64,000 nt of DNA from Eledone cirrhosa (lineage: Eukaryota): positions 17,856,001 to 17,920,000 of the forward strand of contig OZ024744.1 in the NCBI GenBank assembly GCA_964016885.1. The letters run 5' to 3'. The notes beneath the pieces are model-generated. The model saw only the letters and a list, made by a program, of their open reading frames with translations, did not search any database and was not told the origin of the DNA. Positions within the stretch are counted from its first letter, which is position 1, and every line of letters begins with the position of its first letter. Of this stretch, positions 27,201-41,500 are shown in pieces. The translations under genes and the position numbers were made by a program.

Positions 27201-30200
27201 TCTATGTCACCGTATCTTTGTGTATGTCTACGTCACTGTGTATGTCACTGTGTGTTTCTGTATGTCTGTGTCTCTGTGTATGTCACTGTATCTTTGTGTA
27301 TGTCTGTGTCACTGTGTATGTCACTCTGTGTTTCTGTATATCTGTGTCACTGTGTATGTCACTGTGTGTTTCTGTATATCTGTGTCTCTGTGTATGTCAC
27401 TGTATCTTTGTGTATGTCTGTGTCACTGTGTATGTCACTGTATCTTTGTGTATGTCTGTGTCACGGTGTATATCACTGTATGTTTGTGTATGTCTGTGTC
27501 ACTCTATATGTCACTGTACGTTTGTGTATCTCTGTGTGACTGTGTATGTCACTGTATGTTTCTGTATGTCTGTGTCACTGTGTACGTCACTGTGTGTTTC
27601 TGTATGTATGTGTCACTGTCTATGTCACTGTATGTTTCTGAATGTCTGTGTCACTGTGTATGTCACTGTGTGTTTCTGTATGTCTGTGTCACGGTGTATG
27701 TCACTGTAAGTTTGTGTGTGTCTGTGTCACTGTGTATGTCACTGTGTGTTTGTGTATATCTGTGTCACTGTATGTTTCTGTATGTCTGTGTCACTGTGTA
27801 TGTCACTGTGTGTTTCTGTATGTCTATGTCACCGTGTATGTCACTGTATCTTTGTGTATGCCTGTGTCACTGTGTATGTCACTGTGTGTTTCTGTATGTT
27901 TGTGTCACTGTGTATGTCACTAAATGTTTGTGTGTTTCTGTATCTCTGTGTCACGGTGTATGTCACTGTATGTTTGTGTATGTCTGTGTGACTGTGTATG
28001 TCAATGTATGTTTCTGTATGTCTGTGTCACTGTGTATGTCACTGTGTGTTTCTGTATGTCTGTGTCACTGTGTATGTCACTGCATCTTTGTGTACGTCTG
28101 TGTCACTGTGTATGTCACTGTGTGTTTCTGTATGTCTGTGTCACTGTCTATGTCACGGTATGTTTCTGAACGTCTGTGTCACTGTGTATGTCACTCTGTG
28201 TTTCTGTATATCTGTGTCACGGTGTATTTCACTGTATGTTTGTGTGTGTCTGTGTCACTGTGTATGTCACTGTGTGTTTCTGTATGTCTGTGTCACCGTG
28301 TATGTTACTGTATCTTTGTGTATGCCTGTGTCACTGTGTATGTCACTGTGTATGTCACTGTGTGTTTGTGTATGTCTGTGTCACTGTATGTTTCTGTATG
28401 TCTGTGTCACTGTGTATGTCACTGTGTGTTTCTGTATGTTTGTGTCACTGTGTATGTCACTAAATGTTTGTGTGTGTCTGTGTCTCTGTGTATGTCACTG
28501 TGTGTTTGCGTGTGTCTGTGTCACTGTGTATGTCACTGCGTGTTTCTGTATGTCTGTGTGACTGTGTATGTCACTGTGTGTTTGTGTATGTCTGTGTCAC
28601 TGTATCTTTGTGTATGTCTGTGTCACTGTGTATGTCACTATATCTTTGTGTATGTCTGTGTCACTGTGTATGTCACTGTATGTTTCTGTATGTCTGTGTC
28701 ACTGTGTATGTCACTGTGTGTTTCTGTATGTCTGTGTCACTGTGTATGTCACTGTGTGTTTCTGTATATCTGTGTCTCTGTGTATGTCACTGTATCTTTG
28801 TGTATGTCTGTGTCACTGTGTATGTCACTGTATCTTTGTGTATGTCTGTGTCACGGTGTATATCACTGTATGTTTGTGTATGTCTGTGTCACTCTATATG
28901 TCACTGTACGTTTGTGTATCTCTGTGTGACTGTGTATGTCACTGTATGTTTCTGTATGTCTGTGTCACTGTGTACGTCACTGTGTGTTTCTGTATGTATG
29001 TGTCACTGTCTATGTCACTGTATGTTTCTGAATGTCTGTGTCACTGTGTATGTCACTGTGTGTTTCTGTATGTCTGTGTCACGGTGTATGTCACTGTAAG
29101 TTTGTGTGTGTCTGTGTCACTGTGTATGTCACTGTGTGTTTGTGTATATCTGTGTCACTGTATGTTTCTGTATGTCTGTGTCACTGTGTATGTCACTGTG
29201 TGTTTCTGTATGTCTATGTCACCGTGTATGTCACTGTATCTTTGTGTATGCCTGTGTCACTGTGTATGTCACTGTGTGTTTCTGTATGTTTGTGTCACTG
29301 TGTATGTCACTAAATGTTTGTGTGTTTCTGTATCTCTGTGTCACGGTGTATGTCACTGTATGTTTGTGTATGTCTGTGTGACTGTGTATGTCAATGTATG
29401 TTTCTGTATGTCTGTGTCACTGTGTATGTCACTGTGTGTTTCTGTATGTCTGTGTCACTGTGTATGTCACTGCATCTTTGTGTACGTCTGTGTCACTGTG
29501 TATGTCACTGTGTGTTTCTGTATGTCTGTGTCACTGTCTATGTCACGGTATGTTTCTGAACGTCTGTGTCACTGTGTATGTCACTCTGTGTTTCTGTATA
29601 TCTGTGTCACGGTGTATTTCACTGTATGTTTGTGTGTGTCTGTGTCACTGTGTATGTCACTGTGTGTTTCTGTATGTCTGTGTCACCGTGTATGTTACTG
29701 TATCTTTGTGTATGCCTGTGTCACTGTGTATGTCACTGTGTATGTCACTGTGTGTTTGTGTATGTCTGTGTCACTGTATGTTTCTGTATGTCTGTGTCAC
29801 TGTGTATGTCACTGTGTGTTTCTGTATGTTTGTGTCACTGTGTATGTCACTAAATGTTTGTGTGTGTCTGTCTCTGTGTATGTCACTGTGTGTTTGCGTG
29901 TGTCTGTGTCACTGTGTATGTCACTGCGTGTTTCTGTATGTCTGTGTGACTGTGTATGTCACTGTGTGTTTGTGTATGTCTGTGTCACTGTATCTTTGTG
30001 TATGTCTGTGTCACTGTGTATGTCACTATATCTTTGTGTATGTCTGTGTCACTGTGTATGTCACTGTATGTTTCTGTATGTCTGTGTCACTGTGTATGTC
30101 ACTGTGTGTTTCTGTATGTCTGTGTCACTGTGTATATCAATGTGTGTTTCTGAATGTCTGTGTCTCTGTGTATGTCACTGTGTGTTTCTGTATGGCTGTT

Positions 30201-31910
30201 GTCACTGTGTATGTCACTGTGTGTTTCTGTATGTCTGTGTCACTGTGTATGTCACTGTGTGTTTCTGTATATCTGTGTCTCTGTGTATGTTTCTGTATCT
30301 TTGTGTATGTCTGTGTCACTGTGTATGTCACTGTATGTTTCTGTATGTCTGTGTCACTGTCTATCTCACTGTATGTTTCTGAATGTCTGTGTCACTGTGT
30401 ATGTCACTGTGCGTTTCTGTATGTCTGTGTCACGGTGTATGTCACTGTATGTTTGTGTGTGTCTGTGTCACTGTGTATGTCACTGTGTGTTTCTGTATGT
30501 ATGTGTCACTGTGTATGTCACTGTATGTGTGTGTATGTCTGTGTCACGGTGTATGTCACTCTATCTTTGTGTATGCCTGTGTCACTGTGTATGTCACTGT
30601 GTGTTTCTGTATGTCTGTGTCACTGTGTATGTCAATGTCTCTGTGTGTTTCTGTATGTCTGTGTCTCTGTGTATGTCACTGTATCTTTGTGTATGTATGT
30701 GTCACTGTGTATGTCACTGTGTGTTTCTGTATGTCTGTGTCACTGTGTAAGTCATTGTATCTTTGTGTATGTCTGTGGCACTCTGTATGTCATTATGTGT
30801 TTCTGTATGTCTGTGTCACTGTCTATGTCCCTGTATATTTGTGTATGTCTGTGTCACTGTGTATGTCAATGTGTGTTTATGTATGTCAGTGTCACTGTGT
30901 ATGTCACAGTGTGTTTCTGTATGTCTGTGGCACTGTATATGTCACTGTATGTTTGTGTATGTCTGTGTCACTGTGTATGTCACTGTGTGTTTCTGTATGT
31001 CTGGGTCACTGTGTATGTCACTGTGTGTTTCTGTATGTCTGTGTCACTGTGTATGTCACTGAGTCTGTCTGTATGTCTGTGTCACTGTGTAAGTCACTGT
31101 ATATTTGTGTATGTCTGTGGCACTCTGTATGTCATTGTGTGTTTCTGTATGTCTGTGTCACTGTCTATGTCACTGTATCTTTGTGTATGCCTGTGTCACT
31201 GTGTATGTCAATGTGTGTTTCTGCATGTATGTGTCTCTGTGTATGTCACTGTATCTTTGTGTATGTATGTGTCACTGTGTATGTCACTGTATCTTTATGT
31301 ATGTCTGTGTCACTGTCTATGTCACTGTATCTTTGTGTATGTCTACGTCACTGTGTATGTCACTGTGTGTTTCTGTATGTCTGTGTCTCTGTGTATGTCA
31401 CTGTATCTTTGTGTATGTCTGTGTCACTGTGTATGTCACTGTGTGTTTCTGTATGTCTGTGTCACTGTGTATGTCACTGTGTGTTTCTGTATATCTGTGT
31501 CTCTGTGTATGTCACTGTATCTTTGTGTATGTCTGTGTCACTGTGTATGTCACTGTATCTTTGTGTATGTCTGTGTCACGGTGTATATCACTGTATGTTT
31601 GTGAATGTCTGTGTCACTCTATATGTCACTGTACGTTTGTGTATGTCTGTGTGACAGCGTATGTCACTGTATGTTTCTGTATGTCTGTGTCACTGTGTAT
31701 GTCACTGTGTGTTTCTGTATGTCTGTGTCACTGTGTATGTCACTGTGTGTTTGTGTATGTCTGTGTCACTGTATGTTTCTGTATGTCTGTGTCACTGTGT
31801 ATGTCACTGTGTGTTTCTGTATGTTTGTGTCACTGTGTGTGTCACTAAATGTTTGTGTGTGTCTGTGTCTCTGTGTGTGTCACTGTGTGTTTGCGTGTGT
31901 CTGTGTCACT
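21240..31910. repeat. About 9.7-kb tandem duplication, copy 2 (lengthened by an internal 1390-bp duplication)
   Basis: Offsets relative to copy 1 run 9698, 9502, 9575, 10861, 10671. Confidence 0.92.
27345..30125. repeat. Near-perfect 1390-bp tandem duplication (two copies, junction near 28735)
   Basis: Identical ORF translations at 27642/29032, 27716/29106, 27924/29314 and 28176/29566. A 2-bp deletion near 29870 shifts the offset to 1388. Confidence 0.93.
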
Positions 31911-34900
31911 GTGGATGTCACTGTGTGTTTCTGTATGTCTGTGTCACTGTGTGTGTTTCTGTATGTCTGTGTCACTGTGTATGTCATTGTATATTTGTGT
32001 ATGTCTGTGTCACTGTGTATGTCACTGTGTGTTTCTGTATGTCGTTGTGTGTTTCTGTATGTATGTGTCTCTGTGTATGTCACTGTATCTGTGTGTATGT
32101 CTGTGAAACTGTGTATGTCACTGTGAGTTTCTGTATGTCTCTGTATGTATGTGTCTCTGTGTATGTCACTGTATCTTTGTGTATGTCTGTGTCACTGTGT
32201 ATGTCACTGTGTGTTTATGTATGTCTGTGTCTCTGTGTATGTCACTGTATCTTTGTGTATGTCTGCGTCACTGTGTATGTCACTGTGTGTTTCTGTATGT
32301 CTGTGTCACTGTGTATGTCACAGTGTGTTTCTGTATAACTGTGTCTCTGTGTATGTCACTGTATCTTTGTGTATGTCTGTGTCACTGTGTGTGTTTCTGT
32401 ATGTCTGTGTCACTGTGTATGTCATTGTATCTTTGTGTATGTATTTGTCACTGTGTATGTCACTGTATGTTTGTGTATGTCTATGTCACTGTGTATGTCA
32501 CTGTATGTTTGTGTATGTCTGTGTCACTGTGTATGTCACTGTGTGTTTATGTATGTCTGTGTCACTGTGTATATCATTGTATGTTTGTGTATGCCTGTGT
32601 CACTGTGTATGTCACTGTATGTTTGTGTGTGTCTGTGTCACTGTGTATGTCAATTATGTCTCTGTATGTCTGTGTCAGTGTGTATGTCACTGGGTGTTTA
32701 TGTATGTCTGTTTCACTGTGTATGTCACTGTATCTGTGTGTATGTCTGTGTCACTGTGTATGTCACTGTGTGTTTCTGTATGTCTGTGTCACTGTGTATG
32801 TCACTGTATATTTGTGTATGTCTGTGTCACGGTGTATGTCACTGTATATTTGTGTATGTCTGTGTGACTGTGTATGTCACTGTATGTTTATGTATGTCTG
32901 TGTCACTGTGTATGTCACTGTGTGTTTCTGTATGTCTGTGTCTCTGTGTATGTCACTGTATGTTTGTGTGTGTCTGTGTCACTGTGTATGTCAATTATGT
33001 CTCTGTATGTCTGTGTCAGTGTGTATGTCACTGGGTGTTTCTGTATGTCTGTGTCACTCTGTATATCACTGTATCTTTGTGTAGGTCTGTGTCACCGTGT
33101 ATGTCACTGTATCTTTGTGTATGTCTGTGTCACTGTGTATGTCACTATATCTTTGTGTATGTCTGTGTGACTGTGTATGTCACTGTATGTTTATGTATGT
33201 CTGTGTCACTGTGTATGTCACTGTGTGTTTATGTATGTCTGTGTCAGTGTGTATGTCACTGTATCTTTGTGTATGTCTGTGTCACTGTGTATTTCACTGT
33301 CTGTCTCTGTATATCTGTGTCACTATCTATGTCACTGTATCTTTGTGTATGTCTGTGTCTCTGTGTATGTCACTGTGTGTTTCTGTATGTCTGTGTCTCT
33401 GTGTATGTCATTGTATCTTTGTGTATGTCTGTGTCACTGTGTATGTCACTGTGTGTTTCTGTATATATGTGTCTCTGTGTATGTCTCTGTATCTGTATGT
33501 ATGTCTGTGTCAATGTGTATGTCACTGTATCTTTCTGTATGTCTGTGTCACGGTGTATATCACTGTATGTTTCTGTATGTCTGTGTCACTGTCCATCTCA
33601 CTGTATGTTTCTGAATGTCTGTGTCACTATGTATGTCACTGTGCGTTTCTGTATGTCTGTGTCACGGTGTATGTCACTGTATGATTGTGTGTGTCTCTGT
33701 CACTGTGTATGTCACTGTGTGTTTCTGTATGTCTGTGTCACTGTATATATCACTGTATGTTTGTGTATGTCTGTGTCACTGTGTATGTCACTGTGTGTTT
33801 CTGTATGTCTGTGTCACTGTGTATGTCACTGTGTGTTTCTGTATGTCTGTGTCACTGTGTAAGTCATTGTATCTTTGTGTATGTCTGTGGCACTCTGTAT
33901 GTCATTGTGTGTTTCTGTATGTCTGTGTCACTGTCTATGTCACTGTATCTTTGTGTATGTCTGTGTCACTGTGTATGTCAATGTGTGTTTCTGTATGTAT
34001 GTGTCTCTGTGTATGTCACTGTATATTTGTGTATGTATGTGTCACTGTGTATGTCACTGTGCGTTTGTGTATGCCTGTGTCACTGTGTATGTTACTGTGA
34101 GTTTCTGTATGTCTGTGTCACTGTGTATGTCACTGTATATTTCTGTATCTGTGTCAGTGTGTATGTCACTGGGTGTTTCTATATGTCTGTGTCACTCTGT
34201 GTATCACTGTATCTTTGTGTAGGTCTGTGTCACCGTGTATGTCACTGTGACCTTCTGTATGTCTGTGTCACTGTGTATGTCACAGTGTGTTTCTGTATGT
34301 ATGTGTCACTGTCTATGTCACTGTATCTTTGTGTATGTATACGTCACTGTGTATGTCACTGTGTGTTTCTGTATGTCTGTGTCACTGTGTATGTCACTGT
34401 GTGTTTCTGTATATCTGTGTCTCTGTGTATGTCACTGTACCTTTGTGTATATCTGTGTCACTGTGTATGTCACTGTATCTTTGTGTATGTCTGTGTGACT
34501 GTGTATGTCACTGTATGTTTCTGTATGTCTGTGTCACTGTGTATGTCACTGTGTGTTTCTGTATGTCTGTGTCACTGTGTATGTCACTGTATCTTTGCGT
34601 ATGTCTGTGTCACTGTGTACGTCACTGTGTGTTTATGTATGTATGTGTCACTGTCTATGTCACTGTATGTTTCTGAAAGTCTGTGTCATTGTGTATGTCA
34701 CTGTGTGTTTCTGTATGTATGTGTCACGGTGTATGTCACTGTATGTTTGTGTGTGTCTGTGTCACTGTGTATGTGACTGTGTGTTTGTGTATGTCTGTGT
34801 CACTGTATGTTTCTGTATGTCTGTGTCACTGTGTATGTCACTGTGTGTTTCTGTATGTCTGTGTCACCGTGTATGTCACTGTATCATTGTCAATGCCTGT

Positions 34901-37699
34901 GTCACTGTGTATGTCAGTGTGTGATTCTGTATGTCTGTGTCACTGTGTATGTCACTGTGTGTTTCTGTATGTTTGTGTCACTGTGTATGTCACTAAATGT
35001 TTGTGTGTGTCTGTGTCTCTGTCTATGTCACTGTGTGTTTGCGTGTGTCTGTGTCACTGTGTATGTCAGTGTGTGTTTCTGTATGTCTGTGTGACTGTGT
35101 ATGTCACTGTTTGTTTGTGTATGTCTGTGTCACTGTGTGTGTTTCTGTATGTCTGTGTCACTGTGCATGTCATTGTATATTTGTGTATGTCTGTATCACT
35201 GTGTATGTCACTGTATCTTTGTGTATGTCTGTGTCACTCTGTATGTCACTGTGTGTTTCTGCATGTCTGTGTCACTGTGTATGTCATTGTGTGTTTCTGT
35301 ATGTCTGTGTCACTGTGTATGTCACTGTATGTTTCTGTATGTCTGTTTCACTGTGTATGTCACTGTGTGTTTCTGTATGTCTGTGTCACTGTGTATGTCA
35401 CTGTATATTTCTTATGTCTGTGTCACTGTGTATGTCACTGTATGTTTCTGTATGTCTGTGTCACTGTGTATGTCACTGTATGTTTCTGTATGTCTGTGTC
35501 ACTGTGTATGTCACTGTATCTTTGTGTATGTATGTGTCCCTGTGTATGTCACTGTATGTTTCTGTATGTCTGTGTCACTGTGTATGTCACTGTGTGTTTC
35601 TGTATGTCTGTGTCACTGTGTATGTCACTGTATCTTTGTGTATGTCTGTGTCACCGTGTATGTCACTGTATGTTTCTGTATGTCTGTGTCACTGTGTATG
35701 TCACTGTATGTTTCTGTATGTCTGTTTCACTGTGTATGTCACTGTATGGTTCTCTATGTCTGTGTCACTGTGTATGTCACTGTATCTTTGTGTATGTATG
35801 TGTCCCTGTGTATGTCACTGTATGTTTCTGTATGTCTGTTTCACTGTGTATATCACTGTATGTTTCTGTATGTCTGTGTCACTGTCTATCTCACTGTGTG
35901 TTTCTGAATGTCTGCGTCACTGTGTATGTCACTGTGCGTTTCTGTATGTCTTTTTCACGGTGCATGTCACTGTATGTTTGTGTGTGTCTGTGTCACTGTG
36001 TATGTCACTGTGTGTTTGTGTATGTCTGTGTCACTGTATGTTTATGTATGTCCGTGTCACTGTGTATGTCACTGTGTGTTTCTGTATGTATGTGTCACTG
36101 TGTATGTCACTGTATGTGTGTGTATGTCTGTGTCACGGTGTATGTCACTGTATCTTTGTGTATGCCGGTGTCACTGTGTATGTCACTGTGTATGTCAGTG
36201 TGTGTTTCTGTATGTCTGTGTGACTGTGTATGTCACTGTTTGTTTGTGTATGTCTGTGTCACTGTGTGTGTTTCTGTATGTCTGTGTCTCTGTGTATGTC
36301 ACTGTATCTTTGTGTATGTATGTGTCACGGTGTATGTCACTGTATCTTTGTGTATGCCTGTGTCACTGTGTATGTCACTGTGTATGTCACTGTGTGTTTC
36401 TGTATGTCTGTGTCACTGTGTATGTCACTGTGTGTTTCTGCATGTCAGTGTCACTGTGTATGTCACTGTGTGTTTCTGTATGTCTGTGTCACTGTGTATG
36501 TCACTGTGTGTTTCTGTATGTCTGTGTCACTGTGTATGTCACTGAGAGTTTCTGTATGTCTGTGTCACTATGTATGTCGCTGTATGTTTGTGTTGTCTGT
36601 GTCACTGTGTATGTCACTGGGTGTTTCTGTATGTCTGTGTCACTGTGTACGTCACTGTGCGTTTCTGTATGTATGTATCACTGTGTATGTCACTGTGTGT
36701 CTCTGTATGTCTGTGTCACTGTCTATGTCACTGTATCTTTGTGTATGTCTGTGTCACTGTGTATGTCAATGTGTGTTTCTGTATGTATGTGTCTCTGTGT
36801 ATGTCACTGTATCTTTGTGTATGTCTGTGTCACGGTGTATGTCACTGTATCTTTGTGTATGTCTGTGTCACTGTGTACGTCACTGTGTGTTTCTGTATGT
36901 ATGTGTCACTGTCTATGTCACTGTATGTTTCTGAATGTCTGTGTCACTGTGTATGTCACTGTGTGTTTCTGTATGTCTGTGTCACGGTGTATGTCACTGT
37001 ATGTTTGTGTGTGTCTGTGTCACTGTGTATGTCACTGTGTGTTTCTGTATGTCTGTGTCACCGTGTATGTCACTGTATCTTTGTGTATGCCTGTGTCACT
37101 GTGTATGTCACTGTGTGATTATGTATGTCTGTGTCACTGTGTATGTCACTGTGTGTTTCTGTATGTTTGTGTCACTGTGTATGTCACTAAATGTTTGTGT
37201 GTGTCTGTGTCTCTGTCTATGTTACTGTGTGTTTGCGTGTGTCTGTGTCACTGTGTATGTCACTGTTTGCTTGTGTATGTCTGTGTCACTGTGTGTGTTT
37301 CTGTATGTCTGTGTCACTGTGCATGTCATTGTATCTTCGTGTATGTCTGTGTCACTGTGTATGTCACTGTATCTTTGTGTATGTCTGTGTCACTCTGTAT
37401 GTCACTGTGTGTTTCTGCATGTCTGTGTTACTGTGTATGTCTTTGTGTGTTTCTGTATGTCTGTGTCACTCTGTATGTCACTGTATATTTCTGTATGTCT
37501 GTATCACTGTGTATGTCACTGTATGTTTCTGTATGTCTGTGTCACTGTGTATGTCACTGTATTTTTCTGTATGTCTGTGTCACAGTGTATGTCACTGTAT
37601 CTTTGTGTATGTATGTGTCCCTGTGTATGTCACTGTATGTTTCTGCATGTCTGTGTCACTGTGTATGTCATTGTGTGTTTCTGTATGTATGTGTCACTG

Positions 37700-40600
37700 T
37701 GTATGTCACTGTATCTTTGTGTATGTCTGTGTCACCGTGTATGTCACTGTATGTTTCTGTATGTCTGTGTCACTGTGTATGTCACTGTATTTTTCTGTAT
37801 GTCTGTGTCACTGTGTATGTCACTGTATCTTTGTGTATGTATGTGTCCCTGTGTATGTCACTGTGTGTTTGTGTATGCCTGTGTCACTGTGTATGTTACT
37901 GTGAGTTTCTGTATGTCTGTGTCACTGTGTATGTCACTGTATATTTCTGTATCTGTGTCAGTGTGTATGTCACTGGGTGTTTCTGTATGTCTGTGTCACT
38001 CTGTATATCACTGTATCTTTGTGTAGGTCTGTGTCACCGTGTATGTCACTGTGAGTTTCTGTATGTCGGTGTCACTGTCTATGTCACTGTATCTTTGTGT
38101 ATGTATACGTCACTGTGTATGTCAGTGTGTGTTTCTGTATGTCTGTGTCTCTGTGTATGTCACTGTATCTTTGTGTATGTCTGTGTCACTGTGTATGTCA
38201 CTGTGTGTTTCTGTATGTCTGTGTCACTGTGTATGTCACTGTGTGTTTCTGTATATCTGTGTCCCTGTGTATGTCACTGTATCTTTGTGTATATCTGTGT
38301 CACTGTGTATGTCACTGTATCTTTGTGTATGTCTGTGTCACTCTGTATGTCACTGTGTGTTTCTGCATGTCTGTGTGACTGTGTATGTCACTGTATGTTT
38401 CTGTATGTCTGTGTCACTGTGTATGTCACTGTGTGTTTCTGTATGTCTGTGTCACTGTGTACGTCACTGTGTGTTTATGTATGTATGTGTCACTGTCTAT
38501 GTCACTGTATGTTTCTGAATGTCTGTGTCATTGTGTATGTCACTGTGTGTATCTGTATGTCTGTGTCACGGTGTATGTCACTGTATGTTTGTGTGTGTCT
38601 GTGTCACTGTGTATGTCACTGTGTGTTTGTGTATGTCTGTGTCACTGTATGTTTCTGTATGTCTGTGTCACTTTGTATGTCACTGTGTGTTTCTGTATGT
38701 CTGTGTCACCGTGTATGTCACTGTATCATTGTGTATGCCTGTGTCACTGTGTATGTCACTGTGTGATTCTGTATGTCTGTGTCACTGTGTATGTCACTGT
38801 GTGTTTCTGTATGTCTGTGTCACCGTGTATATCACTGTATCATTGTGTATGCCTGTGTCACTGTGTATGTCACTGTGTGATTCTGTATGTCTGTGTCACT
38901 GTGTATATCACTGTGTGTTTCTGTATGTCTGTGTCACGGTGTATGTCACTGTATGTTTGTGTGTGTCTGTGTCTCTGTCTATGTCACTGTGTGTTTGCGT
39001 GTGTCTGTGTCACTGTGTATGTCAGTGTGTGTTTCTGTATGTCTGTGTGACTGTGTATGTCACTGTTTGTTTGTGTATGTCTGTGTCACTGTGTGTGTTT
39101 CTGTATGTCTGTGTCACTGTGCATGTCATTGTATCTTTGTGTATGTCTGTGTCACTGTGTATGTCACTGTATCTTTGTGTATGTCTGTGTCACTCTGTAT
39201 GTCACTGTGTGTTTCTGCATGTCTGTGTCACTGTGTATGTCATTGTGTGTTTCTGTATGTCTGTGTCACTGTGTATGTCAAAGTATGTTTCTGTATGTCT
39301 GTTTCACTGTGTATGTCACTGTGTGTTTCTGTATGTCTCTGTCACTCTGTATGTCACTGTATATTTCTTATGTCTGTGTCACTGTGTATGTCACTGTATG
39401 TTTCTGTATGTCTGTGTCACCGTGTATGTCACTGTATGTTTCTGTATGTCTGTGTCACTGTGTATGTCACTGTATGTTTCTGTATGTCTGTTTCACTGTG
39501 TATGTCACTGTATGTTTCTGTATGTCTGTGTCACTGTGTATGTCACTGTATCTTTGTGTATGTGTGTGTCACCGTGTATGTCACTGTATGTTTCTGTATG
39601 TCTGTGTCACTGTGTATGTCACTGTATGTTTCTGTATGTCTGTGTCACTGTGTATGTCACTGTGTGTTTCTGTATGTCTGTGTCACTATGTATGTCACTG
39701 TATCTTTGTGTATGTCTGTGTCACCGTGTATGTCACTGTATGTTTCTGTATGTCTGTGTCACTGTGTATGTCACTGTATTTTTCTGTATGTCTGTGTCAC
39801 TGTGTATGTCACTGTATCTTTGTGTATGTATGTGTCCCTGTGTATGTCACTGTGTGTTTGTGTATGCCTGTGTCACTGTGTATGTTACTGTGAGTTTCTG
39901 TATGTCTGTGTCACTGTGTATGTCACTGTATATTTCTGTATCTGTGTCAGTGTGTATGTCACTGGGTGTTTCTGTATGTCTGTGTCACTCTGTATATCAC
40001 TGTATCTTTGTGTAGGTCTGTGTCACCGTGTATGTCACTGTGAGTTTCTGTATGTCGGTGTCACTGTCTATGTCACTGTATCTTTGTGTATGTATACGTC
40101 ACTGTGTATGTCAGTGTGTGTTTCTGTATGTGTGTGTCTCTGTGTATGTCACTGTATCTTTGTGTATGTCTGTGTCACTGTGTATGTCACTGTGTGTTTC
40201 TGTATGTCTGTGTCACTGTGTATGTCACTGTGTGTTTCTGTATATCTGTGTCCCTGTGTATGTCACTGTATCTTTGTGTATATCTGTGTCACTGTGTATG
40301 TCACTGTATCTTTGTGTATGTCTGTGTCACTCTGTATGTCACTGTGTGTTTCTGCATGTCTGTGTGACTGTGTATGTCACTGTATGTTTCTGTATGTCTG
40401 TGTCACTGTGTATGTCACTGTGTGTTTCTGTATGTCTGTGTCACTGTGTACGTCACTGTGTGTTTATGTATGTATGTGTCACTGTCTATGTCACTGTATG
40501 TTTCTGAATGTCTGTGTCATTGTGTATGTCACTGTGTGTATCTGTATGTCTGTGTCACGGTGTATGTCACTGTATGTTTGTGTGTGTCTGTGTCACTGTG

Positions 40601-41500
40601 TATGTCACTGTGTGTTTGTGTATGTCTGTGTCACTGTATGTTTCTGTATGTCTGTGTCACTTTGTATGTCACTGTGTGTTTCTGTATGTCTGTGTCACCG
40701 TGTATGTCACTGTATCATTGTGTATGCCTGTGTCACTGTGTATGTCACTGTGTGATTCTGTATGTCTGTGTCACTGTGTATGTCACTGTGTGTTTCTGTA
40801 TGTCTGTGTCACCGTGTATATCACTGTATCATTGTGTATGCCTGTGTCACTGTGTATGTCACTGTGTGATTCTGTATGTCTGTGTCACTGTGTATATCAC
40901 TGTGTGTTTCTGTATGTCTGTGTCACGGTGTATGTCACTGTATGTTTGCGTGTGTCTGTGTCACTGTGTATGTCAGTGTGTGTTTCTGTATGTCTGTGTG
41001 ACTGTGTATGTCACTGTTTGTTTGTGTATGTCTGTGTCACTGTGTGTGTTTCTGTATGTCTGTGTCACTGTGCATGTCATTGTATCTTTGTGTATGTCTG
41101 TGTCACTGTGTATGTCACTGTATTTTTGTGTATGTCTGTGTCACTCTGTATGTCACTGTGTGTTTCTGCATGTCTGTGTCACTGTGTATGTCATTGTGTG
41201 TTTCTGTATGTCTGTGTCACTGTGTATGTCAAAGTATGTTTCTGTATGTCTGTTTCACTGTGTATGTCACTGTGTGTTTCTGTATGTCTCTGTCACTCTG
41301 TATGTCACTGTATATTTCTTATGTCTGTGTCACTGTGTATGTCACTGTATGTTTCTGTATGTCTGTGTCACCGTGTATGTCACTGTATGTTTCTGTATGT
41401 CTGTGTCACTGTGTATGTCACTGTATGTTTCTGTATGTCTGTTTCACTGTGTATGTCACTGTATGTTTCTGTATGTCTGTGTCACTGTGTATGTCACTGT
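37700..41500. repeat. 1989-bp tandem duplication (about 37700-39550 vs 39690-41500)
   Basis: ORF pairs 38039/40028 and 38519/40508 (offset 1989), and 39057/41008 (offset 1951, one 38-bp monomer lost). Shared rare variants GTCGGTG and GTCAAAGT. Confidence 0.92.

Noticed and set aside
6943-32083. Five short minus-strand Thr/His-rich ORFs
   Set aside because: The minus strand has TGA in each GTGAC, which closes every frame about every third monomer. These ORFs arise only where variants remove a stop.
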